54,255 nucleotides of DNA from Actinomycetota bacterium (lineage in GTDB: Bacteria; Actinomycetota; Actinomycetes; S36-B12), in NCBI GenBank assembly GCA_010029945.1, contig RGQW01000001.1:1-54255 (forward strand), given 5' to 3'. Each line of letters starts with the position of its first letter. Within the stretch, counting starts at the first letter, position 1. A program made the translations under genes and the position numbers. Shown here piece after piece: positions 29,046 to 41,857 of this stretch. Under the pieces are notes generated by a model. It ran no database searches, had not been told where the DNA came from, and worked only from the letters and a program-made list of their open reading frames with translations.

Positions 29046-29648
29046 TCATTTGCCGTGGGGGGAACTCTCGGAGTGTCCCGAGAGGCCTGCAAAGTCTATC
29101 AAGGCCTGAGCACACTGCTCGACGTCGGCGTTGACAAGCACATGGTCGAACTCTGCCGCCGCCGCCAACTCGGCTTCGGCGGCGGCGAACCGAGCTGCTT
29201 GAGCCGCCTGATCTTCTGTTCCTCGCCCGGTGAGCCTGTCGAACAGGACGTCGATGCTCGGCGGAGCAAGAAAGATCAGCGAGGCGTCGGGCTCGGCTTC
29301 GCGCACCTGACGGGCCCCTTGCACCTCGATTTCCAACAGCACTGGCGTTCCCGCCATCCGGTGGGCGTGGACCTGCGCGCGAGGGGTGCCGTATCGATTG
29401 CCTGCGAACTCCGCCCACTCAAGCAGGCCGCCTTCGGCGGCCAGTTGATCGAACGACTCTCGGGTGTGGAAGGTGTACTCGACTCCGTCGGTTTCTCCCG
29501 GGCGAGGTTGTCGTGTTGTCGCCGACACAGACAGCCATACCGATGGACAGCGACGAAGCACCTCGGCAACCACCGTGCTCTTGCCGACGCCGGAGGGACC
29601 GCTGACCACGACGAGTGGTGCGGGGCTTTCGCCGACGGATTCGCTCAT
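29046..29648 (-). CDS. gmk: Guanylate kinase
   Basis: [35 protein letters not shown]. Confidence 0.97.
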   Translation of the reverse strand: MSESVGESPAPLVVVSGPSGVGKSTVVAEVLRRCPSVWLSVSATTRQPRPGETDGVEYTFHTRESFDQLAAEGGLLEWAEFAGNRYGTPRAQVHAHRMAGTPVLLEIEVQGARQVREAEPDASLIFLAPPSIDVLFDRLTGRGTEDQAAQAARFAAAEAELAAAAEFDHVLVNADVEQCAQALIDFAGLSGHSESSPHGK

Positions 29649-30397
29649 CAGGTTCTACATTCTTCTGCGATGGCAATCGCTGCTGCTCGTGGGTCTGGCT
29701 CTCCCGTGATGGGCCGCCCGATGACGAGGAGATCCGATCCATCGGCGAGCGCTTGCGCCGGTGTCGATGCGCGGCGCTGATCGTGCGCGCTCGCCCCCAC
29801 CGGTCTGATTCCCGGGGTGATGAGGTGGACCTCCGATGGAACGATCGATCGCAGCCGGGTCACCTCATGGGGCGAGCAGACCAGCGCCCTGGCGCCAGCG
29901 TCGACCGCAGTGGCTGCCCATCGAGCGACGATGTCCGAAGGCGAACCAGAGATTCCCAATTCTCGAGCAGATGCCTGATCCAAACTCGTCAAGAGAGTCA
30001 CCGCCGTCACCCGGGTGTCCGGTAGCGCCTCGACGGCCGCGCGCACCATCTGCGGACCTCCCGAAGCATGCACCGTCAGATACGTCGGTGCGAGCGGCGC
30101 GACAGCTCGGGCGGCCCCGGCAACGGTTGCCGGTATGTCGTGCAACTTCAGATCCAAGAAGATCGAGATGTGCGGGTGATCGGCATCCCGCGCAGCATCC
30201 CGGGCGGCGAGAACACTGCGATGACCATCCCGACAGAAGGCTTCCAATCCAACCTTGAGGCATCGGACATGCGGCGCGACGCTAGCGGCCCAGGAGGTCA
30301 GCGTTGAAATATCGGGCGCATCGAGGGCGACCGCGATGGGCGCGAAAGACCGATCTGGTTGTTCGGTGCTCTGCGTCGGATTACTCGGTGATGAAAT
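29648..30397 (-). CDS. pyrF: Orotidine-5'-phosphate decarboxylase (start codon uncertain)
   Basis: [41 protein letters not shown]. The only canonical in-frame start upstream is ATG 30478; the coordinate given assumes ATT 30397. Confidence 0.9.
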   Translation of the reverse strand: MSSPSNPTQSTEQPDRSFAPIAVALDAPDISTLTSWAASVAPHVRCLKVGLEAFCRDGHRSVLAARDAARDADHPHISIFLDLKLHDIPATVAGAARAVAPLAPTYLTVHASGGPQMVRAAVEALPDTRVTAVTLLTSLDQASARELGISGSPSDIVARWAATAVDAGARALVCSPHEVTRLRSIVPSEVHLITPGIRPVGASAHDQRRASTPAQALADGSDLLVIGRPITGEPDPRAAAIAIAEECRT

Positions 30398-31454
30398 CCC
30401 AATCCTCCAGTGAGCTCGTTTCCTGCGGTGCTGGTGTGGCGTGCTGCGCGCTCGCAGGCGAGGGAACGTCGCGGTCATCCGCGCGATGCGCGAATCCGAT
30501 CACGTCCTGCACGCGATCGAATCCTCGCGCCCGCACCTCCCGTGCAAGTTCTGTATGGATTCGACGTGGCGCGCTCGGGTCGTGGAACACGGCCGTGCCC
30601 ACCGATACCGCGGTGGCTCCGGCGAGCAGGAATTCCAGGGCATCTCGACCGGATCGGATACCTCCCATTCCGATGATCGGGATGGTGGGAAACGCTTGAT
30701 GCACCTGCCAGACGCAGCGCAGAGCCACCGGTCGGATAGCCGGCCCGGAGAGCCCACCGGTTGTTCCCGCGAGCGTCGGGCGCATGGTGGTCGTGTCGAT
30801 GACCAGGCCAAGCAACGTGTTGATCAAGGACAGGCCCGTGGCGCCTGCACGAATGACGGCGTCGGCAATTTCGACGATGTCTGTTACGTCCGGAGACAAC
30901 TTCGCAAAAATCGGGATCCGGGAATCGGAGCTTCGACGGACCGTTTGCACCACCTGAGCTGCAGACTCCGCTCGACACGCGAAAACTTGGCCACGATCGG
31001 CAACATTGGGGCAGGAGATGTTGACTTCGATGGCGTCAAACCCACCCGTGCTGCGTAACTTGGCGGCTAAACGCCCGTACTCCTCCACTGTTTCACCCGC
31101 GATGGACACGATCGTGCGTGCTCCGCGCTCGTTGAGCCAGGCCAGATCGTTCTCGATGAAGGCATCGATCCCGGGGCCCTGCAGCCCAATCGAATTGAGC
31201 ATGCCGCTCGGAGTCTCGGACATGCGCGGCGTTGCTCGTCCGGCCCGCGGTTTCAGCATGATGCTCTTGGTGACGATCGCACCAAGTTCGGTGATATCGA
31301 AGAAGGCATCCAGCTCTCGACCTGCCGCCGCACATCCGCTCGCCGTCAAGACGGGGCTAGGCAAGCCAATCCCGGCAAGTTCGACGCCGGTGTCGGCGTG
31401 CTCGGTCGGTTGATGGCGGTCTGGGTCACCGCCAGTGACGACAGCTGCGCTCAC
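30381..31454 (-). CDS. pyrD: Dihydroorotate dehydrogenase class 1B catalytic subunit
   Basis: TASGC, GMLNSIGLQGPG, EVNISCPN, KLSPDV, GGLSGPAIRP. Confidence 0.95.
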   Translation of the reverse strand: MSAAVVTGGDPDRHQPTEHADTGVELAGIGLPSPVLTASGCAAAGRELDAFFDITELGAIVTKSIMLKPRAGRATPRMSETPSGMLNSIGLQGPGIDAFIENDLAWLNERGARTIVSIAGETVEEYGRLAAKLRSTGGFDAIEVNISCPNVADRGQVFACRAESAAQVVQTVRRSSDSRIPIFAKLSPDVTDIVEIADAVIRAGATGLSLINTLLGLVIDTTTMRPTLAGTTGGLSGPAIRPVALRCVWQVHQAFPTIPIIGMGGIRSGRDALEFLLAGATAVSVGTAVFHDPSAPRRIHTELAREVRARGFDRVQDVIGFAHRADDRDVPSPASAQHATPAPQETSSLEDWDFITE

Positions 31455-32308
31455 GATTCACCCCCGCTATCTGGGGCCCCGATGGCGTCGGCCGGGATGG
31501 TGTTGATGTCTCGCCAGCGCACTCGGTCACCACGAAATACCGGACCTTCGACGCAGGATCGAACCATGCGGGTCGCGCCGTCTGCCCCGATGACCGGGAG
31601 AACACACGTCATGCACACACCGATGCCGCACGCCATCGCCTCTTCCACTGCGCACTCGCTGTACACGCGCTGCTTCGTCGAGATGCGAGCAACTTCGGAC
31701 AACATGGGCATGGGTCCGCACGCGTACACCACATCCGCGCCCGCCCGTTGCAAGACGTTGTCGAGAACGTCAGTGACGGTGCCACGAACACCGCTACTTC
31801 CGTCATCGGTGGTGATCGTCAGCGCAGACGCCAACCGCTTCAACTCCAGCACACCGAACAATCTGTCTTCGGTCGAAGCACCAATGACCATGTCAACGCG
31901 GCAGCCGCGCTCGCGTAGAGCTTGAGCCAACATGAACATTGGTGCGCTGCCGTAGCCGCCACCGACCAGAACACAGGAGACCCCCTGCTTGGGAAGGGAG
32001 AAGGGTTGACCGAGTGGGCCCACGACGTTGAGAACATCGTGACGCCGCCTGCGGGCCAGCCACTCAGTTCCTGTGCCGGCGACGGAGATCGCAATGTCCA
32101 GGGTCCCTCCGTAGACGCCCCGCGAGGCCACTTGGTGAATGGCGAATGCCCGTCGCAGCACCATGCTCGACTCTTCGCCCCCCATGGCGATGGTGACGAA
32201 GTGGCCCGGTTGAGCGCTCTCGGCTATCCCCGGGGCGGTGAGGGAAAGAACGTGGTAATCCCCCACTCGACGGTTGTCCAGAACTTCGGATTTGATCTGC
32301 TGCACCAT
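31451..32308 (-). CDS. pyrK: Dihydroorotate dehydrogenase electron transfer subunit
   Basis: GPLG, VGGGYG.AP, YACGP, EEAMACGIGVCMTC...C [2Fe-2S] motif. Confidence 0.93.
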   Translation of the reverse strand: MVQQIKSEVLDNRRVGDYHVLSLTAPGIAESAQPGHFVTIAMGGEESSMVLRRAFAIHQVASRGVYGGTLDIAISVAGTGTEWLARRRRHDVLNVVGPLGQPFSLPKQGVSCVLVGGGYGSAPMFMLAQALRERGCRVDMVIGASTEDRLFGVLELKRLASALTITTDDGSSGVRGTVTDVLDNVLQRAGADVVYACGPMPMLSEVARISTKQRVYSECAVEEAMACGIGVCMTCVLPVIGADGATRMVRSCVEGPVFRGDRVRWRDINTIPADAIGAPDSGGES

Positions 32309-35300
32309 CAGATCTCTCCTTGTTCCTGCGATTGCTCTGGCAACTGCTCACGCAAGTGAGCCAAGTGTGCGCCGTGCTCTTGCAGCGATCGGACATTCGG
32401 CTCACCGGAGACAAGCGCATCGATACCTTGAACCGCCGCACTCAGTCCCTGCACAGTGGTTACGCAGGGAATTCCTTTGGTCACAGCAGCCGTCCGAATC
32501 TCATAGCCGTCAACGCGGGGTCCGACTCCGTAGGGAGTGTTCACGATTAGGTCGATATCTCCGGCCATGATCGCATCGACGGTGGTGGGAGTGCCATCCT
32601 TTCCGCGACCTTCGTGCTGTTTGCGCAGAACGTCCACGGGCACACCGTTGCGGCGCAGTATCTCCGCGGTGCCTTGAGTGGCGAAGATCGCGAACCCCAG
32701 GTCGGCCAGGCGCTTGATGGGAAAGACCGACGCCCGCTTGTCGCGGTTAGCCAGCGAGACGAAGGCGGCACCACGCGTGGGGAGGCCACCGGCGTAGGCC
32801 GCCTGCTGCGACTTCGCGAACGCGACCCCGAAGGAATCGTCGATGCCCATGACTTCTCCCGTCGAGCGCATCTCGGGTCCGAGAACCGCATCGACTCCGT
32901 GGAATCGTCCGAAGGGCAGGACGGCTTCCTTGACAGAAATGGCACTGCCCGGGGGCAGGGCACCTCCATCACCCTCACGGGGAAGCAGGCCCTCGTCGCG
33001 AAGTTCCTTGATCGACGAACCCGCCATGATTCGAGCCGCTGCCTTCGCCACCGGAACACCGGTGGCTTTGGAGACAAACGGCACCGTTCGAGATGCCCGG
33101 GGGTTGGCCTCTAGGACGTAGAGCGTGTCCTGGGCGAGAGCGAACTGCACGTTCAACAGGCCCCGCACCCCCACGCCTTGCGCGATGGCACGTGTCGACG
33201 TCCGGATGCGGTCGATGTCCGATTCCCCGAGGGTCATGGGTGGTAGAGCACATGCAGAGTCACCCGAGTGGATGCCCGCCTCTTCGATGTGCTCCATGAC
33301 CCCGGCGAGATACATGTCGTGGCCATCGAAGAGCGCATCAACATCGATTTCTATCGCGTCGTCAAGGAAGCGGTCTACCAGCACCGGGTGCTCACGGGTC
33401 ACCTCAGTGGACCGCTGCAGGTAACTCTCGAGCATCGCATCGTCGTACACGATCTCCATTCCTCGCCCGCCGAGTACATAACTCGGGCGAACGAGCACGG
33501 GATAACCGACGCGAGCTGCGATAGCCGCCGCCTCGTCGAACGATCGCGCCGTTCCGTGGTCGGGAGCCGGCAAGCCAGCGTCCGCCAGCACGCGGCCGAA
33601 GGCTCCTCGCTCTTCGGCGAGATGGATGGCGGCCGGTGAGGTGCCCACAATCGGGACGCCTGCATCTTCGAGGCGTTGCGCCAGTCCGAGTGGTGTTTGG
33701 CCACCGAGCTGCACGATGACGCCCACGACGGATCCTTGTCGCTGCTCGGCATTGACAACTTCCAAGACGTCTTCGCACGTCAAAGGTTCGAAATAGAGAC
33801 GATCGGAGGTGTCGTAGTCCGTGGAGACGGTTTCCGGGTTGCAATTGATCATGATCGTTTCGAAACCGGCGTCAGAGAGCGCCATTGCAGCATGGACGCA
33901 CGAGTAGTCGAACTCGATGCCTTGACCGATGCGATTAGGGCCGGATCCGAGGATGATCACTTTCTCGCGGCCTGATGGCTGCAACTCATCTTCCTCGTCA
34001 TAGGAGGAGTAGTGGTAGGGAGTCATCGCTTCAAACTCCGCCGCGCACGTGTCGACCGTCTTGAAGACCGGACGGATCCCCCAGGCGTGTCTGATCTCAC
34101 GGACCTCTTCTTCACTCAGGCCCCTCAATTGCGCGACTTGACCGTCGGAGAATCCCTCCCGCTTGGCCATGACGAGGAGTTCGCGATCCAGAGATTCAGC
34201 GGATGCGAGGGCGTCGGCGATCTCGTTGATCTGACATATGTGGTCGAGGAACCACGGATCGATGCCGGTTGCCTCGTACACCGCATCGATGCTCGCCCCG
34301 GCCCACAGCCCCTGCTGCACCAGAGCCAAACGTCCATCGTGGGGTCGCTGCATTCGTTCCAGGACATCCGCCACGTCGATTGCGTCGCGCGCGGTTTCCC
34401 AGGAAAAGACAGCTGACGGCCGCTCCATCGAACGCAGGGCCTTGTTCAACGCCTCCCCAAAATTACGACCGATGGCCATCGCCTCGCCAACACTCTTCAT
34501 CGTGGTGGTCAAGGTGGTATCCGCTCCGGGGAATTTCTCGAAGGCAAAGCGTGGGACCTTCACGACGACGTAGTCGAGCGTCGGCTCGAACGATGCCGGT
34601 GTCTGCTGCGTGATGTCGTTGGGAATCTCGTCGAGTGTGTAACCGATCGCGAGACGTGCCGCGATCTTGGCGATGGGGAAGCCGGTCGCCTTCGATGCCA
34701 GGGCTGACGAGCGCGACACACGAGGGTTCATCTCGATGACGATCATGCGTCCGTCGGCCGGGTTGATGGCGAATTGAATGTTGCATCCGCCGGTGTCCAC
34801 GCCGACTGCTCGGATGATCTTGATGCCCACGTCTCGCATGTGCTGGTACTCACGATCAGTGAGGGTCAGGCAGGGAGCAACCGTTATCGAGTCTCCGGTG
34901 TGCACTCCCATGGGGTCGACGTTCTCGATAGAACAGACCACCACCACGTTGTCGTTCTTGTCGCGCATCAGCTCGAGCTCGTATTCCTTCCAGCCGATGA
35001 TGGACTCCTCGAGCAGCACCTCGGTTGTCGGGCTGGCCTGCAAGCCGGCGCCGGCAATTCGTTCCAGATCGGCCTCGTCATACGCAATACCCGATCCGGC
35101 GCCACCCATCGTGAACGACGGGCGAACGACGACGGGATAACCCAGTTCGCTCGTTGCCTCAACGCACTGCTCCATCGTGTGGCAGATGATGGAGCGGGCA
35201 CTCGATCCGCCAATGGACTCCACGATCGACCGGAACTTCTCACGATTCTCGCCGCGCTCGATGGCGTCGACGTCCGCACCGATCAACTCCACTCCGTACC

Positions 35301-35628
35301 GTTCGAGAACACCGGACGCGTGCAGGGCGATGGCGGTATTCAGCGCGGTCTGACCACCGAGGGTGGCCAGCAAGGCATCGGGGCGCTCTTTCGCAATGAT
35401 GCGCTCGACGTATTCGGGCGTGATGGGCTCAACGTAGGTGGCGTCGGCGAACTCAGGGTCCGTCATGATCGTCGCGGGGTTGGAGTTGACCAGGACCACA
35501 CGCAGACCCTCGTCCCGAAGCACTCTGCAGGCCTGCGTGCCCGAGTAATCGAATTCGCACGCCTGCCCGATAACGATCGGTCCAGAACCGATAACCATCA
35601 CGGATTCAATGTCGGATCTGCGTGGCAT
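32308..35628 (-). CDS. carB: Carbamoyl-phosphate synthase large subunit
   Basis: [38 protein letters not shown]-terminal MGS domain. Confidence 0.99.
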   Translation of the reverse strand: MPRRSDIESVMVIGSGPIVIGQACEFDYSGTQACRVLRDEGLRVVLVNSNPATIMTDPEFADATYVEPITPEYVERIIAKERPDALLATLGGQTALNTAIALHASGVLERYGVELIGADVDAIERGENREKFRSIVESIGGSSARSIICHTMEQCVEATSELGYPVVVRPSFTMGGAGSGIAYDEADLERIAGAGLQASPTTEVLLEESIIGWKEYELELMRDKNDNVVVVCSIENVDPMGVHTGDSITVAPCLTLTDREYQHMRDVGIKIIRAVGVDTGGCNIQFAINPADGRMIVIEMNPRVSRSSALASKATGFPIAKIAARLAIGYTLDEIPNDITQQTPASFEPTLDYVVVKVPRFAFEKFPGADTTLTTTMKSVGEAMAIGRNFGEALNKALRSMERPSAVFSWETARDAIDVADVLERMQRPHDGRLALVQQGLWAGASIDAVYEATGIDPWFLDHICQINEIADALASAESLDRELLVMAKREGFSDGQVAQLRGLSEEEVREIRHAWGIRPVFKTVDTCAAEFEAMTPYHYSSYDEEDELQPSGREKVIILGSGPNRIGQGIEFDYSCVHAAMALSDAGFETIMINCNPETVSTDYDTSDRLYFEPLTCEDVLEVVNAEQRQGSVVGVIVQLGGQTPLGLAQRLEDAGVPIVGTSPAAIHLAEERGAFGRVLADAGLPAPDHGTARSFDEAAAIAARVGYPVLVRPSYVLGGRGMEIVYDDAMLESYLQRSTEVTREHPVLVDRFLDDAIEIDVDALFDGHDMYLAGVMEHIEEAGIHSGDSACALPPMTLGESDIDRIRTSTRAIAQGVGVRGLLNVQFALAQDTLYVLEANPRASRTVPFVSKATGVPVAKAAARIMAGSSIKELRDEGLLPREGDGGALPPGSAISVKEAVLPFGRFHGVDAVLGPEMRSTGEVMGIDDSFGVAFAKSQQAAYAGGLPTRGAAFVSLANRDKRASVFPIKRLADLGFAIFATQGTAEILRRNGVPVDVLRKQHEGRGKDGTPTTVDAIMAGDIDLIVNTPYGVGPRVDGYEIRTAAVTKGIPCVTTVQGLSAAVQGIDALVSGEPNVRSLQEHGAHLAHLREQLPEQSQEQGEI

Positions 35629-36779
35629 CAGGCACCACCATCCCGTCGTCGCGCGATGGCTTCCGCGAAGCGATCGAACAGGTATGCGGCATCGTGAGGA
35701 CCGGCTGCCGCCTCGGGGTGGTACTGCACACTGAAGGCGGATCCATCCACGAGCTCAAGACCCTCGACAACGTTGTCGTTCAAGCACACGTGGGAAACCC
35801 GCGCCGGTCCGAAGGGGCTGTCGAATTCCTCCTCCAGCGGCGCTTGCACAGCGAACCCGTGGTTATGTGCGGTGATCTCCACCTTGCCGGTGGTCAGATC
35901 CTTCACCGGTTGGTTGATGCCGCGGTGACCGAAGCGCAACTTGTAGGTGCCGAGGCCCAGGGCACGTCCAAAGATCTGATTTCCAAAACAGATCCCGAAA
36001 ACCGGAAGACCGGCGTCAAGAGCCTTCGACATCAACCCAACAGCGTGGTCAGCGGTCGCGGGATCCCCCGGGCCATTGGAGAAGAAGATTCCATCGGGTG
36101 TCCGCGCCACGATGTCCTCCCAGGAGGAACTCGAGGGGACAACATCGACGTTCAGGCCGCGTTCGGACAGGCGACGCGGAGTCATCGACTTGATACCCAA
36201 GTCCACGGCGACGACCGTCGCCCATGCATCACCGATGGCCGGCACCGAGTACGCCTGGGCAGTGGTGACGTCGGATGTGAGATCCGCACCGACCATCGAC
36301 GGGCTCGATCGCACCTGCGACAACAGTTCGTCCACCGGACGGCTTGCCGCGGGCCCGCTGAAAATGCCCACACGCATCGCTCCGGCGTCACGCAGGTGAC
36401 GCGTCAACGCCCGAGTATCGATGCCGGAGATTCCCACGACCCCATACGCCTGCAGGTCCTCGTCCAAGGTCCGCTGCGCCCGCCAATTCGACACGATCCG
36501 CGACGGATCCCGCACCACGTATCCGGACACCCAGATGCGTTCAGACTCCGGATCTTCGTCATTCATGCCGGTGTTGCCTACGTGCGGAGCGGTCATCACG
36601 ACCACCTGACGGTGGTAGCTCGGATCCGTCAGCGTTTCCTGATAACCGGTCATACCGGTGGAGAACACCGCTTCCCCGAAGGTCGTTCCGACGGCTCCAA
36701 ACGGTCGACCGTGCATGGCCCGGCCATCTTCCAAGACGAGAACAGCGGGCTCTGTCGCGAGATTTCCGGTGTTACTCAC
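35628..36779 (-). CDS. carA: Carbamoyl-phosphate synthase small subunit
   Basis: [30 protein letters not shown]. Confidence 0.98.
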   Translation of the reverse strand: MSNTGNLATEPAVLVLEDGRAMHGRPFGAVGTTFGEAVFSTGMTGYQETLTDPSYHRQVVVMTAPHVGNTGMNDEDPESERIWVSGYVVRDPSRIVSNWRAQRTLDEDLQAYGVVGISGIDTRALTRHLRDAGAMRVGIFSGPAASRPVDELLSQVRSSPSMVGADLTSDVTTAQAYSVPAIGDAWATVVAVDLGIKSMTPRRLSERGLNVDVVPSSSSWEDIVARTPDGIFFSNGPGDPATADHAVGLMSKALDAGLPVFGICFGNQIFGRALGLGTYKLRFGHRGINQPVKDLTTGKVEITAHNHGFAVQAPLEEEFDSPFGPARVSHVCLNDNVVEGLELVDGSAFSVQYHPEAAAGPHDAAYLFDRFAEAIARRRDGGA

Positions 36780-37512
36780 GGCCGTCTCCTGAAGCGTCCA
36801 ATGAACCGTCTAACGGGCCATCTCCCCGCATACCGTCGAACGCCTCGTGCGCACCGGATTCGGTAACACTCGGTGAGCTCGAAGTCTCCCCACTTCCCGC
36901 CTGCTCCGAGTGCTCCGAGTACTCCGGGTCCTCCGCGCGCTCCGAGGTGTCCCTGTGCTCCGCCATGAGCCCATCCAACAACGCGGCGTGATCGGCGCCG
37001 TCATCTGCCCGGATCCCGGTATCCAGAACATCTTCGGCCAGCATCCATGTCACGACGATGACGCTGTCCTTCCCGCGCACCGTTCCGGCGACCCCACGAT
37101 CGGTTCGCACACCGCGCACTGCCGAAGCGGGAATCAGGAAGGATCGAGCACCGTCACGCCGGATGCCCACACCACCGTCGACGAGGTGGAACGAGGCTCG
37201 ACTCCTGACCCCCAACTCGTGCACGGCAACGCGATCGAGCCAATCGCCAGAGATCGACGTCCCCAGGTACAGGCCCAGAACACCGGACGACGCGGGGGCA
37301 TCAAAGGCCGACGGTTCAGCCATGGAGGAATGTCGCGCCACTCTGCCTTGCCAGCCCCGTCGCATCCCCCACAAGGCGAGCGCGATCAGACCGGCTATCA
37401 GGGCCACCAACGCCAATCGCGCGGGCCAATCGGTCACACTCGCCTGCTCGGTGTACTCCTCGGCGGCCACGACGACGGAGTCGAGTATCGGCATCAGGGT
37501 TCCCTGATTCAT
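36772..37512 (-). CDS. Conserved actinobacterial membrane-anchored (PH-like) protein of the pyr operon
   Basis: One TM helix, then [17 protein letters not shown]...LG.RS, VVTW...DTG.R; usual position between pyrC and carA. Confidence 0.8.
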   Translation of the reverse strand: MNQGTLMPILDSVVVAAEEYTEQASVTDWPARLALVALIAGLIALALWGMRRGWQGRVARHSSMAEPSAFDAPASSGVLGLYLGTSISGDWLDRVAVHELGVRSRASFHLVDGGVGIRRDGARSFLIPASAVRGVRTDRGVAGTVRGKDSVIVVTWMLAEDVLDTGIRADDGADHAALLDGLMAEHRDTSERAEDPEYSEHSEQAGSGETSSSPSVTESGAHEAFDGMRGDGPLDGSLDASGDGRE

Positions 37513-38819
37513 GCCAGCGCTCCATCGACGACGCTTGGACGTCCACGGAAAAGCACATGCCGAACGGTTCCCGGCATCTGCCGGCCCAGGTACGGGCTGT
37601 TGCCGCTCTTGCCCACCAACGCATCGACCTCAAGCGGGCCCTGCGGTGACGGATCCCAGACCGTGATGTTCGCCGCGGATCCGGGTGCAATCGGCATTCC
37701 TTGATCCGCCACCTGCCCGATGCGCGCTGGGATAGTCGACATGCGGTCCGCAAGGTCCCGCCACGTCAATAGACCGGACTCGATGAACACCTCGACGGCA
37801 ATTCCGAGGGCCGTCTCGAGCCCGACCATGCCCATCGCCGCCGCCGCCCACTCGCAGTCCTTGTCTTCACGCGGGTGCGGGGCATGATCGGTCGCAATGA
37901 TGTCGATCGTGCCTTCAACGACGGCTTCGCGTAACGCGTGGACATCCTCCGCACGCCGGAGCGGAGGGTTGACCTTGTAGATCGGGTCGAAGCTCTCGAC
38001 GAGTTCCTCGGTCAAGAGGAGATGGTGAGGGGTGACCTCGGCCGTGACGGGAATTCCGCGGGTCTTCGCCCATCGGATGACCTCGACCGAACCGGCTGTC
38101 GATACATGGCACACATGCAGCCGTGATCCCACATGCTCGGCCAACAGGACGTCACGAGCGATGATCGCTTCCTCCGCGACTGCAGGCCACCCCGCGAGAC
38201 CAAGGCGAGCGGACAACGCACCTTCGTTCATTTGGGCCGCCTCGGTGAGCCGAGGGTCTTGCGCGTGTTGAGCGACCACGCCATCGAAAGTCTTGACGTA
38301 TTCCAATGCCCGACGCATCAGGAGCGGGTCGTGAACACACAAGCCGTCATCGCTGAACACCCGAACAGATGCAGCGCTCGACGCCATGGCGCCGAGTTCG
38401 GCCAACTGCTCACCCTTCAACCCGACGGTGACAGCACCCACCGGGCGAACGTCCACGATGCCGGCTTCTACTCCCCGACGCCATACCTGCTCGACCACAC
38501 CGGCGGTGTCGGCAACCGGCGAGGTGTTCGCCATCGCGTGCACACAGGTGAAGCCGCCCATCGCCGCCGCCTGAGACCCCGTCGCGATCGTTTCTGCATC
38601 CTCGCGGCCTGGTTCCCGAAGGTGGGTGTGCAGATCCACGAGGCCGGGGATGACCGTGCAGCCGGATGCATCGAGTTCGAGCTCGACGCCCTCAGCAGGC
38701 AGAGCATTGCTACCGGACTGATTCGACGGCGTCATCGCCGTGATGACACCGTCATCGATGACGATGTCGTGTGGATCGAGGCCGTAGGGAGCCCCGCCGC
38801 GAAGGACGACCGCACCCAT
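37509..38819 (-). CDS. pyrC: Dihydroorotase
   Basis: PGLVDLHTHLREPG, HVCHVST, KVNPPLR, ATDHAPH. Confidence 0.97.
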   Translation of the reverse strand: MGAVVLRGGAPYGLDPHDIVIDDGVITAMTPSNQSGSNALPAEGVELELDASGCTVIPGLVDLHTHLREPGREDAETIATGSQAAAMGGFTCVHAMANTSPVADTAGVVEQVWRRGVEAGIVDVRPVGAVTVGLKGEQLAELGAMASSAASVRVFSDDGLCVHDPLLMRRALEYVKTFDGVVAQHAQDPRLTEAAQMNEGALSARLGLAGWPAVAEEAIIARDVLLAEHVGSRLHVCHVSTAGSVEVIRWAKTRGIPVTAEVTPHHLLLTEELVESFDPIYKVNPPLRRAEDVHALREAVVEGTIDIIATDHAPHPREDKDCEWAAAAMGMVGLETALGIAVEVFIESGLLTWRDLADRMSTIPARIGQVADQGMPIAPGSAANITVWDPSPQGPLEVDALVGKSGNSPYLGRQMPGTVRHVLFRGRPSVVDGALA

Positions 38820-39778
38820 CAGTCCCCACCTGCCTGCGAACCAGCGCCACCGAGAAGCAGATACAGGCACGCCATACGTACGTTGACGCCGTTGGCCACC
38901 TGCTCCACGATGACGGCCCGAGAGGAATCGGCGACATCCGCGGAGATTTCCAAGCCACGATTCATCGGGCCGGGGTGCATGACGATGGCACGATCTTTCA
39001 GCAGCTCGAGCCGCGGAGCATCAAGGCCATACAACCTCGAGTACTCCAGGGTAGAGGGGAAGTAGGACCCCGCCATTCGCTCCGCTTGCACCCGGAGCAT
39101 CATCACCGCGTCTGCTTGCATCAGTGCGTCGTCGAGGTGGTAGCTCACCGAGCAGGGCCACGATTCCACACCTACCGGGATCAACGTCGGGGGCGCCACC
39201 AAGGTCACCTCGGCGCCGAGAGTGTGCAGGAGCAACACGTTCGATCGGGCCACGCGGCTGTGCAGAACATCACCCACGATGACCACGTGAACACCCTGCA
39301 AATCCCCCTGTCCCCCACAGATGTGAGAGCGCAACGTGTAGGCGTCCAGGAGAGCCTGGGTGGGATGTTCATGGGTGCCGTCGCCTGCATTGATGACCGA
39401 ACCGTCGATCCACCCTGCGGTGGCCAGACGGTACGGCGCACCCGAGGCGCCATGCCTGACGATGACCGCATCGGCACCCATGGCCTCCAGAGTTAATGCC
39501 GTGTCCTTGAGCGACTCTCCCTTGGAAACAGACGAACCCTTGGCCGAGAAGGTGATCACATCGGCAGACAACCGCTTGGCTGCCAATTCGAAGGACAGTC
39601 GAGTGCGCGTCGAATCCTCGAAAAAAAGATTCACGACCGTGCGACCCCGAAGGGTTGGCAGTTTCTTCACCGAACGCTCCGTTACGGATGCGAGTTCGGC
39701 TGTCGTGTCCAAAATCATCAGCGCCTGGGCTCGATCGAGGTCTCCGGCGGAGAGCAGGTGCTTACCCAGCATCTGCAT
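38819..39778 (-). CDS. pyrB: Aspartate carbamoyltransferase catalytic subunit
   Basis: [38 protein letters not shown]. Confidence 0.98.
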   Translation of the reverse strand: MQMLGKHLLSAGDLDRAQALMILDTTAELASVTERSVKKLPTLRGRTVVNLFFEDSTRTRLSFELAAKRLSADVITFSAKGSSVSKGESLKDTALTLEAMGADAVIVRHGASGAPYRLATAGWIDGSVINAGDGTHEHPTQALLDAYTLRSHICGGQGDLQGVHVVIVGDVLHSRVARSNVLLLHTLGAEVTLVAPPTLIPVGVESWPCSVSYHLDDALMQADAVMMLRVQAERMAGSYFPSTLEYSRLYGLDAPRLELLKDRAIVMHPGPMNRGLEISADVADSSRAVIVEQVANGVNVRMACLYLLLGGAGSQAGGD

Positions 39779-40322
39779 CACCGACCGACTCGCTATCGAT
39801 CATCACGTCGTCTACCCCGTCGATCTCGACGAAACGCACGCGCACCGTCTCGTCCTTGGCTGTGGGCAGGTTCTTTCCGATGAAGTCCGGTCGGATCGGC
39901 AGTTCGCGATGGCCCCGATCGATCATCACTGCTAGCCGCACGATGGCCGGCCGGCCTAGATCATGGACGGCGTCGAGGGCAGCGCGGATGGTTCGCCCCG
40001 AGTACAAGACATCATCGACGAGGACGACCGTGCACCCATCGATTCCCTGTGCCGGGATATCGGTCGGCTCGAGCGCTCGAACTTCCCGTAGTCGCAGATC
40101 GTCGCGATACAACGTGACGTCGAGTGCACCGCAGGGAACAGGATGACCCTCGATCTGTGCCACGGTCTCGGCAATGCGCCGCGCTAGGGGCACGCCTCGG
40201 GTGGGGATTCCAAGAATGATGAGGTCGTCGCTGCCCCGAGAGTTCTCGACGATTTCATGAGAGATGCGTCGAACCGCACGGCTGATGTCAGCCTGGTCGA
40301 GCACCACGCGTGCAGACGACAA
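39762..40322 (-). CDS. pyrR: Pyrimidine operon regulator / uracil phosphoribosyltransferase
   Basis: [35 protein letters not shown]; probable TTG start at 40322 after AAGGTGG. Confidence 0.97.
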   Translation of the reverse strand: MSSARVVLDQADISRAVRRISHEIVENSRGSDDLIILGIPTRGVPLARRIAETVAQIEGHPVPCGALDVTLYRDDLRLREVRALEPTDIPAQGIDGCTVVLVDDVLYSGRTIRAALDAVHDLGRPAIVRLAVMIDRGHRELPIRPDFIGKNLPTAKDETVRVRFVEIDGVDDVMIDSESVGDADAG

Positions 40323-40330
40323 GAAAACCA

Positions 40331-40362
40331 CCTTCCCCGCCTCACGGGACGGGCTTAAAGGA
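40331..40362 (-). promoter_or_regulatory. PyrR-binding RNA element overlapping the pyrR ribosome-binding site
   Basis: CCUUUAA-GCCCGUCCCGUGAGGCGGGG-AAGG matches the CUUUAA..UCCNGNGAGG PyrR loop; -10 TAGGTT at 40371-40376. Confidence 0.88.
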
Positions 40363-40399
40363 ACGAGGCAAACCTATCTCAGAACGGCATCCGCCCGCG

Positions 40400-41833
<1,434 letters not shown>

Positions 41834-41857
41834 GGGGGGAAGCCTAGCCGTAACCGG

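Noticed and set aside
30381..32308. Class 1B pyrK-pyrD instead of quinone-linked pyrD
   Set aside because: A known variant in several actinobacterial lineages.
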